A stretch of DNA of 64,000 nucleotides from Candidatus Nealsonbacteria bacterium (GCA_030617105.1 JAUWWC010000001.1:4759-68758), one strand, 5' to 3'; numbered from the stretch's first letter, positions 18,534-27,807 are shown. Numbers and translations are program-made. The notes: a model not told the origin generated them from the letters alone.

Positions 18534-18660
18534 TTGACAAGGTTCTTTAATAGGGGTTTAATGCATTAGAGACAAGATGGTCTTGTTTCAAGGTGTAAAG
18601 TTCTTTGAAAATTGAAAAAGTAAAAAAAACAGAAATTTTAGAAAAGAAAGGAGAATAGAA
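18534..18660 (+). promoter_or_regulatory. Cassette leader: promoter, 5' hairpin, boxA-like motif, SD
   Basis: TTGACA-17-TTTAAT; GAGACAAGA-TGG-TCTTGTTTC; GTTCTTTGAAAATTGAA; GAAAGGAG. Confidence 0.75.
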
Positions 18661-19623
18661 ATGGAAAAAAGAATAATGGCAAGAAATATTGCATGGTTTT
18701 GTGTTTTGCTTGCTGTATTAGGTAGTTTGATTTGGTTCAATAATCTTAGTATAGCTTTGCAATGGAATCCAAAAGCAGGTCATGGATTTGAATATCATGG
18801 TCCAATCTCTTATTTTGATCGTTTTGCAGTAGATTTTTCTACAGTTAGCACTCTTGTACCTTTTTTTGGGATGTGCCTTATTGCAAGAGGATTTTTCAGT
18901 ATTGCTAAAGCCAAAGAAAAGACTAATTGTTCAAAGGTCTTTCCATTTTTTGTGAATTACGAACGTATTATGGTTGCCTTAGGATTGATGGGAACGGTCT
19001 GGGGGCTTATTATGATTGGGTATTACCCATCTGAACAAGTCCAAATGTCACAGTTGATAAATTGTTTGAGAACCGCTCTTTATTCAACTTTAATTGCCTT
19101 GATTTGGGTGTTTCTTATTGTTATACCACTTAGATATAGTATGCAGCGAGCTTATAGAAGTATTTCTGGTTACCAGGTCTTAAAACCTAATGAGACTATT
19201 ATTTCCCTTTTAGGAGACCTCAGTTCAGCAGCTTCAGGCCTTACTGAGACCATAAATGAAACCAGTAGTACTTTTAGCCAGCTTAAGAATGAAGTCTCAG
19301 GAGCTAAAAAGGAATTTCAAGAAGTTGATAAGTTGATAGCAGAGATCAAAGGTAAGGCTGAAGGTGTATTTGATAAAGCTCAGGAGTCCTTTAACCAGAT
19401 AAGTTCTGGATCTCGGGCTTGGCAGCGAGCTGCAGAAAAACAGCAAAAAGCTGCTGAGGCGCAAGAAGCATTTTTCCAGCAATTAACCAATGAGTTGGAC
19501 AAAGTAATAAAAGAAAGGGATGAATTAAAAGGAAAATTAGACCAAACAAAACAAGAATTAGTTGAAGTAAAAAGCAAATTCCGTAGATTAAGGGATTTTG
19601 TTAGAGGAATAGTTGGAAAATAG
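18661..19623 (+). CDS. MotA/TolQ/ExbB proton-channel family protein with C-terminal coiled coil
   Basis: LGLMGTVWG and ALYSTL TM motifs; 4 hydrophobic segments; long helical tail. Confidence 0.7.
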   Translation: MEKRIMARNIAWFCVLLAVLGSLIWFNNLSIALQWNPKAGHGFEYHGPISYFDRFAVDFSTVSTLVPFFGMCLIARGFFSIAKAKEKTNCSKVFPFFVNYERIMVALGLMGTVWGLIMIGYYPSEQVQMSQLINCLRTALYSTLIALIWVFLIVIPLRYSMQRAYRSISGYQVLKPNETIISLLGDLSSAASGLTETINETSSTFSQLKNEVSGAKKEFQEVDKLIAEIKGKAEGVFDKAQESFNQISSGSRAWQRAAEKQQKAAEAQEAFFQQLTNELDKVIKERDELKGKLDQTKQELVEVKSKFRRLRDFVRGIVGK

Positions 19624-19636
19624 AAAGGAGCAAAAA

Positions 19637-20503
19637 ATGGAAGATTTATTAGAACGGGTAGGAACACTTTTTGGTGCTGAAAAAGAGGAAGAAGTGTCTA
19701 CGGCTGAAACTTTTGAGTTATTGTGTCAGATTGCTTTGGCTCTACTAATAATCTTTGTTATGGCTAATACTATTTTTAGAGGTAGAGCTCAGGCACAGAT
19801 TGATGAAAGTAGAGGTAGGCAAGGTGTTCTTGAAGATGAAAATAGAAGATTTAGACAAGCAGATCCAAATATTGCAAGCTATGAGAGAGCAATGATGGAT
19901 GTACAAAAACAGAAGCTTCTTTTGGCATTAGAAAAGATTGAAAATACCCTTCGTGATGATTTCGGGATTGATCATTTTGCACCAAAAGATCGCAGTACTC
20001 ATGAAAGTAAGTATTTAATGAACGATCTTCTTTCAGGGGAAAAAGTAATTAATGAGCGGTTTAAACAAGCTTGTATTATTGCTAAACAAGTTTTCTTAGA
20101 CAGAAAAAAATTGCGACAGAACTGGTGTGATAGGATACCTTTGGTTGAGCCAGGATTAGTATTTGATAGTACTCCAGAAAAACAATCAATTATTACAAAC
20201 CCTGAAGTTATAAGTCCGGAAAATGAAATATTGGTATTTCAGGAGATTGCTAATAGAATAGAAGGGATATATGCTGATTGTTGCGATATGCAGCGCATGG
20301 CCCTTTCTTATCTGCAGGAGTATTATTATGAACATACAGAATTACTAAAAGGAACTGAATTTGATAAGAACTTAAATAATGATGTATCTTCAGCATCAGA
20401 CAAGGAAAAACGAAGACTTATGTTGCAACGTAGTCAAGAATTGTATATGTATATAAAATCACTTTTTGAAAAACAGAATGTACCACTGCTTAGCGGAGTT
20501 TAA
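19637..20503 (+). CDS. Single-TM protein with ExbD/MotB-like N-terminal helix
   Basis: QIALALLIIFVM resembles ExbD DVMLVLLIIFMV; SD before ATG 19637. Confidence 0.55.
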   Translation: MEDLLERVGTLFGAEKEEEVSTAETFELLCQIALALLIIFVMANTIFRGRAQAQIDESRGRQGVLEDENRRFRQADPNIASYERAMMDVQKQKLLLALEKIENTLRDDFGIDHFAPKDRSTHESKYLMNDLLSGEKVINERFKQACIIAKQVFLDRKKLRQNWCDRIPLVEPGLVFDSTPEKQSIITNPEVISPENEILVFQEIANRIEGIYADCCDMQRMALSYLQEYYYEHTELLKGTEFDKNLNNDVSSASDKEKRRLMLQRSQELYMYIKSLFEKQNVPLLSGV

Positions 20504-20536
20504 GCACGACGGTCATTAAGAAAGGAAGGTGCAAGA

Positions 20537-22885
20537 ATGAGATCCGCAAGAAAAAAACCTGTTATTACAATAGCTTTGTTTGTAGTTATCAGCGCCTTGC
20601 TCCCTGGAAGATTTTGCCTAGGGAGCAAGGGCGAATTATCAGCAAAAAAAGCTAATGCAAGATTGTATGCTAAGATGCATATTAATAAACTTTGCGAGCA
20701 AGCAAGAAAACAAGAAGTTGATGTTAATGATCTCTGTGAGAAAATGCTGCAGAATCCAGCTAAATATCAAAACAGAAGACAGGCCTGGGATAACTTAAAG
20801 CAGGAACAAACTCAGATGTTTACTGATTGGTATCAAAAGGAAGTGAAACTTGTTTTACAGGCAATTGACCGGAACTACTTTACTAAAGAAGAGCGAGATG
20901 CTTTTCTAAAACCTCTAGACGAAGTAGTTAAGGACTATCTTGATAAGAATTTTGGCAAAAGCCATACAGATGGAACAACAGTATTTGGCAAAGCAAGAAA
21001 AAAAGCTTATGAAAGCCAACTCAATAAGCTGACAAAAGATGTTTATCCCACAGAAAGCGAAGTTGATACAGCTGTGGCTAAAAGACAGCTCAATAACTTG
21101 CGGATTAAAATATTGAATCAGCTTATTAAAAAACAAAAAGAACCTGTTTTTTCAGAAAATGTAAGTACGCTTAGCAGCGATTTCGTTAATCCCATACTTG
21201 ACGATGCTAAAAAGCAATTAGAAAAACAAGGTTCAATTGTGACCGGTTCTTCTGGCGCTAGTTATGTTGTGCCGGAAGATATCAGGAATTTCATCAGCAG
21301 GGAGATTACTACTTATCAGAACAAGCTTAAGCAGGAAAAGCAGGGAAAAACAATAGCCAATAAGGTCTATAAGATGTTTCCTTCAGTTAAGAAGAAAGTT
21401 GATGATGAGGCAGGCAAAATCGCTATCAAAAGATTTCGCAATGCTATATCTGAAATGAATTTGTCAGTTGACAAGAAGGTTTTAAAAAAGCTGATAAGCG
21501 GGAGCTTATCAGTTCATGCTGACAAAGATAAAAGCTGGAGCACTTGCTTGAAACGTTTTCGACAAGATATTGTTAACAAAGCCATTGATAATCATGCAGT
21601 CAAGGCTCCAAAAGACAAACAATCTGATTTTCGCAACTTTCTGTCATCACTTATTTCAAACAGTGATCAATCTTGCAAAGATGCTATGAATAAACTGGTT
21701 GATAGAAGCTTGAAGCAGGAGTTTGATCGTATACGAAAAGAGATTGCTCAGCAGCAATTCAGAGATTTCTTTGGACCGCTTGAACAAGGTTCTTGGCCTT
21801 CTTCAGAAAAAGCAGATGAGCTGATTGACAAATGGTACAATAAATCAGTGAACATATCTGAATCTGAAGCTTTGAAAATGCCTGATGTTTCATCAAGGTC
21901 CTTTAATTCTAAAGACCTGCTTAAAGAGACCATTGAAATGGTTCGCGAAGCAGAAGAAGCAGGAATAAAAACAGGACTTGATGCTCTGAGGAGCCAGATG
22001 AGCACGGTTGAGAGACTTGAGTTTCAAGTCAAGAGCCAAATTAGAAATATGAGAGATCTCACTATTGAGAAGGTTATAGAGATTTACACACAAAAAGTAA
22101 ATTCATCTTGGTCTTCCAAGGATTATCCCCATCTTTTTACCCGAACTCAAAAGGAAATTAAAAGGCGAGCTAAGGATATTTTAGATTTAGAGATTGCTCG
22201 TCAGCGTCAGATTGCTAATGACAAAGCTAAAGCTGATAAAGCTCGAGCCGATGCTAAAGCCAGAGCTCAGCTTGAAGATAAAGGCAGGTCTGACATACTT
22301 GGCTTGGAAGATTCTGACAAGCCAGGAAAACCAGGTGGAGGAGGAGATCCTAATAAGTCAGGAAAACCAGGTGGTGGCACGCCTGATACTTTTGGCGGTC
22401 CTCCGGGGGGAAAAGGACCTGCAAAAGAACAAGAGGAACCGGGGGATCAAATGCCAGATGTTATTCTTGATTTTGGCTACGAAAGTGGAAAAGTTTATGC
22501 TGACATAATGTTTCCCAAAGAATCAAAAGACAAGCTTAGACTTTTTATGGATCTCAGTGTCAACCTTAATTCGTCTAACATGGTTATTGCTCGAAAGCTT
22601 TTTGCTGATTGGCTTAAAGACGCTGTCAAGAAAAGCAAAAAAGACCAGCAAGACATAAATTTCTATGTTTTTGCCCGAGTTTTTCACGGAAGTTCTGTGT
22701 TATACAGCATGGTTTATTATTTCAGAGAGTGCTTGATAAAAGCTTTAGAAGATACTGGTGATAAAAGAATAAAAATTCACTGGTATGACAGGCTTTTTTA
22801 TGGTTCTTCTGATATTGAGAAATACAGGGGTAAGCCTATTTTGCCTCCTAAGTTTGATAAAAAACTTATGCCGAGATTGGTATAA
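20537..22885 (+). CDS. Large exported helical protein with Gly/Pro linker and small C-terminal domain
   Basis: Signal peptide; internal repeat; KPGKPGGGGDP..PPGG linker. Confidence 0.75.
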   Translation: MRSARKKPVITIALFVVISALLPGRFCLGSKGELSAKKANARLYAKMHINKLCEQARKQEVDVNDLCEKMLQNPAKYQNRRQAWDNLKQEQTQMFTDWYQKEVKLVLQAIDRNYFTKEERDAFLKPLDEVVKDYLDKNFGKSHTDGTTVFGKARKKAYESQLNKLTKDVYPTESEVDTAVAKRQLNNLRIKILNQLIKKQKEPVFSENVSTLSSDFVNPILDDAKKQLEKQGSIVTGSSGASYVVPEDIRNFISREITTYQNKLKQEKQGKTIANKVYKMFPSVKKKVDDEAGKIAIKRFRNAISEMNLSVDKKVLKKLISGSLSVHADKDKSWSTCLKRFRQDIVNKAIDNHAVKAPKDKQSDFRNFLSSLISNSDQSCKDAMNKLVDRSLKQEFDRIRKEIAQQQFRDFFGPLEQGSWPSSEKADELIDKWYNKSVNISESEALKMPDVSSRSFNSKDLLKETIEMVREAEEAGIKTGLDALRSQMSTVERLEFQVKSQIRNMRDLTIEKVIEIYTQKVNSSWSSKDYPHLFTRTQKEIKRRAKDILDLEIARQRQIANDKAKADKARADAKARAQLEDKGRSDILGLEDSDKPGKPGGGGDPNKSGKPGGGTPDTFGGPPGGKGPAKEQEEPGDQMPDVILDFGYESGKVYADIMFPKESKDKLRLFMDLSVNLNSSNMVIARKLFADWLKDAVKKSKKDQQDINFYVFARVFHGSSVLYSMVYYFRECLIKALEDTGDKRIKIHWYDRLFYGSSDIEKYRGKPILPPKFDKKLMPRLV

Positions 22886-22889
22886 ATTC

Positions 22890-22929
22890 AAGGAGCTAAC
22901 TCTTAAAATAAGAGTTAAGCTCCTTTTTT
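22890..22929 (+). terminator. Intrinsic terminator
   Basis: AAGGAGCTAACTCTTA-AAA-TAAGAGTTAAGCTCCTTTTTT. Confidence 0.85.
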
Positions 22930-22930
22930 C

Positions 22931-23017
22931 TTGACAAAGTTATTTATAGGATGTTTAATGCAATAGAGGCAAGAAGGTCTTGTCTTTAGCACTTTAACAA
23001 TTGAAAGGAGACAGAAA
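22931..23017 (+). promoter_or_regulatory. Cassette leader: promoter, 5' hairpin, boxA-like motif, SD
   Basis: TTGACA-17-TTTAAT; GAGGCAAGA-AGG-TCTTGTCTT; GCACTTTAACAATTGAAAGGAG. Confidence 0.75.
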
Positions 23018-24655
23018 ATGAATAAAAGAATTTTCTTGATAATTGTTATACTTTTTCAGATAGGAAAAGTTAGTGTAGCTAATTATCCGCCAAGAGTTAA
23101 AATTCAGAATCCAACAAGTGGTTCAAAATTTAAACTTGACGAAGAAATTGTTTTTAGAGGAATTGCAGTTGATTTAGAAGATGGAGAATTACCAGAAAAA
23201 AATCTTACTTGGACATCTGATTTAGATATTTATATTGGTCAAGGTAATTCATTGACCTATAAGGGTCTTTCAGTTGGTCCTCATATTGTTATGTTAACAG
23301 CATTTGATTCAGAGGGTTCTGTAGGCAGAGATTCAGTTTTTATTACAATACAAGACCCTAAGATCACTAAACCTATTGTTAAGAAACCCAAAAAGGAACC
23401 TAAAACTGGACCTGAAGGACCTAAACTTGAAGAGCTTGAACCAGGGGCGCCATCTATTGAATTTCTTTTTGTGCCTTCTTTTCGCAGTTTCGAAGATCTT
23501 ACAGGCAGAGTATTGAGTGCTGACCCTAATAATTTTGCTGTTGCTGTTTATATTATGAAAGATGGTCTTTGGTGGAGTAAGCGGGTAGGCAAGATTAATA
23601 GAGAGGGCAGATGGATTTGTGATATTACGACAGCTGAACGTGATGAAGTAGCGCTTAAAATCCTTGTCTATCTTGTTCCAAGCGATTTTAAACCCCCGTT
23701 AGCTTCTGGCAATTTTCAGCTTTCTCATGAATTAGAGAAAAATAGTGTAGCAAAAATAGAAGTACTTCGGAAAATAAGAATGCCCAAGGTAACGTTACAG
23801 TCAAAAAGGGAGCCAGAAATCAAGAAGATCCGCAAAAAGCCAGAACCTAAAGGTCCAATAGAGGCATTGGGAGAGCTTTTGATTCGGTTGCTGCCTAAAG
23901 AAAAGCAAACAACAGAGACTCTGAAAAGATATCTCCCTTTAGCAGTTGGCAACAAATGGACCTATCAGAGAACCGTTTACAAGAGCGATGAAGTTTTTCA
24001 TTACAGAAAGCAAATTATTGAGAAACCTGGCTGGAATAGTCCCCCTCGAGGAGCTGTCTATTTTACCCTCGGCCGGACAATAGAAAAGATGCCCCAGAGT
24101 TCTCTAGAGACATATAGCATTTCTAATTCTACTCTAACAGACAAATTTGCATCCTGGGACGTAGAAATTGAAGGGACTATTCCTAGAGATGGAAGATACT
24201 CCTCACTTTATATTAAAGAGGAGCCAAATGTTAAATGGCTTTATGTTGATGGAGGTGTTTGGGAACTAATGCAAGGTGAATATTTAGGCGCTGAGACCAT
24301 AAGTCAGACTTGGCTAGCGGTCTTAGAGCCAGGGATAATAATTTCTGACTCAGCAAAAGAAGGGGAGATACCTTTCTGGGCAATAGGAGCAGTTTTAATC
24401 CCAGAAAAAATCACTACCCCGGCTGGAAAATTCTCAAGCTGCTTGAAGAATTGCACTATGATTAGAGGTCAAAATTTGAAAGAAGTATTATTAAAAGATA
24501 TGCCTCCTGAGTATTCAGAACAGGAAGATGGTTTTGGAAACTTCACGACCATATCTTTTTATGCGGAAGATGTTGGCTTGATCAAAGAGGTTCAGTATAA
24601 CTCCAAAGGGGAACTTGTATATGAATTAGCGTTAATCGAATATAAGGTAAATTGA
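23018..24655 (+). CDS. Secreted multidomain protein (Ig/PKD-like + unknown beta domain + DUF3108-like)
   Basis: Signal peptide; DLEDG..L.WTSD..G.H...LTA.D; YLPL.VGNKWTY..TPAGKF..C..YA..VGLIK. Confidence 0.7.
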   Translation: MNKRIFLIIVILFQIGKVSVANYPPRVKIQNPTSGSKFKLDEEIVFRGIAVDLEDGELPEKNLTWTSDLDIYIGQGNSLTYKGLSVGPHIVMLTAFDSEGSVGRDSVFITIQDPKITKPIVKKPKKEPKTGPEGPKLEELEPGAPSIEFLFVPSFRSFEDLTGRVLSADPNNFAVAVYIMKDGLWWSKRVGKINREGRWICDITTAERDEVALKILVYLVPSDFKPPLASGNFQLSHELEKNSVAKIEVLRKIRMPKVTLQSKREPEIKKIRKKPEPKGPIEALGELLIRLLPKEKQTTETLKRYLPLAVGNKWTYQRTVYKSDEVFHYRKQIIEKPGWNSPPRGAVYFTLGRTIEKMPQSSLETYSISNSTLTDKFASWDVEIEGTIPRDGRYSSLYIKEEPNVKWLYVDGGVWELMQGEYLGAETISQTWLAVLEPGIIISDSAKEGEIPFWAIGAVLIPEKITTPAGKFSSCLKNCTMIRGQNLKEVLLKDMPPEYSEQEDGFGNFTTISFYAEDVGLIKEVQYNSKGELVYELALIEYKVN

Positions 24656-24777
24656 AAGGAGCGGAAAATGATTAAGAGAATTTTTCAAAAGAAAGGAGGA
24701 TTGAAACGAAAAGGATTGTAATTGTTTTAGAGAAATAGAAACAGAAACCCTTTAGGAAAACATGAAAGGAGAAAAAA

Positions 24778-25731
24778 ATGAAGACTCTACTAAAAAATGT
24801 AAAGTTAGTTATTTTGGTTGTTTTTGTGGCTCTGGCTTCTTTATTCTTTTTTGAAAGAAAGCCTAGTGAGGCTTCTAACCAGCCAACTGAGATCAGGATG
24901 AAAGAGCGAAAGACAGTAGAGAAAGCTACCACTACTGAAAATTTTATCCCCGGTACCTATGATCCAAGATTACTTATGCCCCTAGCTCTTGGAAATAGCT
25001 GGACCTACGGTTGGAAAAGTGCTGCTGTATCGACCTTAAAAGAAGTAGAATCCAAAGATAAGGCAATTTTTAGGGGTCTAAGCTGGTACTCATTTGGTGG
25101 AAAGAGTGTGCTGGCCAGATGCTATGGCTATAAAGCAAAAGCCCATAAGGAAACTTACACCCTTATCCGACAGGATGGCGATCACTATTTCTTTACTATT
25201 TCTATTGATCCCAAGGTACCTTCAGAACAGATACGCGATGGCAGATTTGAAGATTCTGTTGAGAATTGCTGGACCTGGTGGGACCTTAGGCAAGGCTCTT
25301 ACGGTTCAATGGGAATGACTGAGTCCATAAAACGGAATTGGGGTATCCATAGAGATTATCTTCTTGGCAAACAAGCTGAATTGCCAGATGATTTTCCAGC
25401 AGACCACCGCAACGCTATTCACATTGAGTTTACAGAAGGTGAGTGGGGCGATAGTTGGTTGGAATTTGCTTATTCTAAAAATCCCTGTAGATATGTATAC
25501 AAAACCATGGGTAATGAAGTTAAGGTAGCTGCTGGAACATTCAAAAACTGTATTGAAGCGATTGAGAAGGTTCATAAGGATGCCGAAGAGAAAAGCCCCC
25601 TGGTCTGGGAGACCCATATATTCTGGGCTCCTGAGGTAGGCAAGGTCTGGGAATACCAGAGGCTTGCTGATGGTACCATAACCTATGAGTTGGAGCTCCT
25701 AAAATTTGTTCCAGCCCAAAAGAAAAAATAG
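24778..25731 (+). CDS. Membrane-anchored or secreted DUF3108-like protein
   Basis: N-terminal hydrophobic helix; MPLALGNSWTY, V.AGTF..C, FWAPEVG. Confidence 0.65.
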   Translation: MKTLLKNVKLVILVVFVALASLFFFERKPSEASNQPTEIRMKERKTVEKATTTENFIPGTYDPRLLMPLALGNSWTYGWKSAAVSTLKEVESKDKAIFRGLSWYSFGGKSVLARCYGYKAKAHKETYTLIRQDGDHYFFTISIDPKVPSEQIRDGRFEDSVENCWTWWDLRQGSYGSMGMTESIKRNWGIHRDYLLGKQAELPDDFPADHRNAIHIEFTEGEWGDSWLEFAYSKNPCRYVYKTMGNEVKVAAGTFKNCIEAIEKVHKDAEEKSPLVWETHIFWAPEVGKVWEYQRLADGTITYELELLKFVPAQKKK

Positions 25732-25738
25732 GCAAAAT

Positions 25739-25773
25739 AGGTGTCAGATTTATTTTCTGGCACCTCTTTTTTT
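25739..25773 (+). terminator. Intrinsic terminator
   Basis: AGGTGTCAGA..TCTGGCACCT plus T tract. Confidence 0.8.
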
Positions 25774-25776
25774 CGC

Positions 25777-25870
25777 TTGACAAAGCATTGATAAGATATA
25801 TGCTATAAAAGAGAGATAAGGCGGTCTTATCTCAAGATTAAGAACCTTAAAAATTGAAAGGAGATTGAAA
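25777..25870 (+). promoter_or_regulatory. Cassette leader: promoter, 5' hairpin, boxA-like motif, SD
   Basis: TTGACA-16-TATGCT; GAGATAAGG-CGG-TCTTATCTC; GAACCTTAAAAATTGAAAGGAG. Confidence 0.7.
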
Positions 25871-27766
25871 ATGGAAAAGAGAGTCTTTTTAATGATTGTT
25901 ACGATAGTGTTAGTTTTGAATTATTTTGTTCCTGTTGTATGTGGAGCAGAATCTGTGCCTGCAATCGGGCTCACTTATGTGCCGAAATATGGCAGTACTG
26001 AGAACTTGCGAGGCAGAGTATTAAATGCCAATTCTAAAGATTTTGCTGTTGCTGTTTATATTATGGTAGATCGTTTTTGGTGGACCAAGCCTTATTGGGA
26101 CAGCCCGATAACAGAAATTAATGATGATGGAACCTGGGTTTGTGATATTACCACTGGCGGTATTGACGAGACCGCCACCAGGATTGCTGCTTATCTTATT
26201 CCAGCTGATTACAAGCCTTCTTTGATCAGCTGGAATTTTCAGCTTCCTCAAGATCTGGAAGAGAAAGCTTTAGCAAAAGCAGAGGCAAGGCGGGATGTAT
26301 TAGGCAAAGTGTCGATAATACCTAGAGTTGAAGCAGAGTCCAAGATAGATATCAGGGAAAGAGATGTTGATAAACTGAAAGGTGTATGTTACGGACCTTT
26401 TCGTGATAATGAGAATCCTGATATGGGCATCCTTCCGTTTCTTGATGAGTTGAATCCTGATATTGGGTTTATTCCCAAGGTAGCCAGGGCAATTAGGACA
26501 TATGGTTGTACCAATACGCTTGGTAATATTCCTGCATTGTGCGAGAAAATTGCTATAGACTGCTATCCCGGGGCTTGGCTTGGTAAGTACAAAGCAGAAA
26601 ATAGAGAAGAAATTGAAAGTTTCATCCAGATTGCTAATCAGAACCTCAATTGTGTTAAAGCTCTAATTGTGGGAAATGAGGTTCTGCTGAGAGAAGATAT
26701 GACCGGGGAAGAGTTGATTTTCTACATCAGGGAACTGAAAAAAACAGGAGTTCCTGTGACAACCGCAGACATATGGAGAGTTTGGCTCATGCACCCAGAG
26801 CTTGCCGATGAGGTTGACTTTTTAATGGTTCATATCCATCCCTACTGGGAAGGAATATCAATAGGGGATGCTGCAAATTATGTTATACAGCGCTGGAATG
26901 CCATGAAGAAACGTTTTCCCGGCAAAAGGATTGTGATAGGTGAAACAGGATGGCCCTCTGAAGGTAAAACAATAGGTAAAGCCATAGCCAGTCCAGAAAA
27001 CCAGGCAAGATTTTTTAAAGAGTTTACTCAGTTAGCTGAAAAGGAACGGATTGAATACTTCTATTTTGAGCTATTTGATGAACTCTGGAAAGATAAATTT
27101 GAAGGTAAAGCTGGAGCTCATTGGGGGATCTACAATTCAGATGGTTCATTAAAAGATCATATGAAAGATCTGATTCCTACCCAAGCCCTCGAAGGGATTA
27201 GCCGGCCTCTAAGAGAAGTTGCTAAAGTTAAGGTCAGTGCTCCTCTTATTGTTTACAGGGATGCTGGTTCAGAAGAAAATAGCTTCCAGCCATCGGGTTG
27301 GATGGGTGATAGCGAGTGCATAGATTTGGACAAGGCCTGTGAGATAAACCCTTATGCTGGTAAGACCTGTATCCGTATTAGCTTCAAAGCTGCTCGATTC
27401 CTCTCCTGGGGTTGGGCTAGTATTTATTGGCAGTATCCTTTAAACAACTGGGGTAAATATCCTGGCTATGAGCTGTCAGGAGCTAACAAGCTTAGCTTCT
27501 GGGCTCGAGGCGAGAAAGGCAATGAAAAAGCAGAGTTTAAGACAGGAGGGATTAGGAGTTGGGTTCCAACAGAGTTCCGTCGCGATTCCTTTGGTCCTGT
27601 CTCTACTGGCGTCATGAAACTTACTCCAGAATGGAAAAAATATATCATTGACCTAAAAGGTAAAGACATGAGTAGTGTGATTGGCGGCTTTTGCTGGACA
27701 ACTAATCGTTGGTGGAATCCCAAAGGTTGCACGATTTACTTAGATGATATTCAGTTTGAACCATAA
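25871..27766 (+). CDS. Secreted glycoside hydrolase family 17 protein with C-terminal carbohydrate-binding-like domain
   Basis: IRTY, VGNEV (acid/base), IGETGWPS (nucleophile), FDE.WK..HWG; C-terminal LSFWARG..IYLDDIQFE jelly-roll. Confidence 0.85.
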   Translation: MEKRVFLMIVTIVLVLNYFVPVVCGAESVPAIGLTYVPKYGSTENLRGRVLNANSKDFAVAVYIMVDRFWWTKPYWDSPITEINDDGTWVCDITTGGIDETATRIAAYLIPADYKPSLISWNFQLPQDLEEKALAKAEARRDVLGKVSIIPRVEAESKIDIRERDVDKLKGVCYGPFRDNENPDMGILPFLDELNPDIGFIPKVARAIRTYGCTNTLGNIPALCEKIAIDCYPGAWLGKYKAENREEIESFIQIANQNLNCVKALIVGNEVLLREDMTGEELIFYIRELKKTGVPVTTADIWRVWLMHPELADEVDFLMVHIHPYWEGISIGDAANYVIQRWNAMKKRFPGKRIVIGETGWPSEGKTIGKAIASPENQARFFKEFTQLAEKERIEYFYFELFDELWKDKFEGKAGAHWGIYNSDGSLKDHMKDLIPTQALEGISRPLREVAKVKVSAPLIVYRDAGSEENSFQPSGWMGDSECIDLDKACEINPYAGKTCIRISFKAARFLSWGWASIYWQYPLNNWGKYPGYELSGANKLSFWARGEKGNEKAEFKTGGIRSWVPTEFRRDSFGPVSTGVMKLTPEWKKYIIDLKGKDMSSVIGGFCWTTNRWWNPKGCTIYLDDIQFEP

Positions 27767-27772
27767 CAAAAT

Positions 27773-27807
27773 AAAGCCCTCTTAGGATAATCCTTAGAGG
27801 GCTTTTT
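27773..27807. terminator. Bidirectional terminator
   Basis: AAAGCCCTCT..AGGA-TAA-TCCT..AGAGGGCTTTTT between convergent genes. Confidence 0.8.

Noticed and set aside
17200-18660. CRISPR-Cas locus around the Cas4-like gene
   Set aside because: No repeat-spacer array and no cas1 or cas2 seen in the window.
18661-22885. Calling the triad a canonical Zorya, TonB/Tol or flagellar stator system
   Set aside because: No ZorC/D/E, OmpA-like domain, TonB-dependent receptor or flagellar genes, and the key Asp is substituted.
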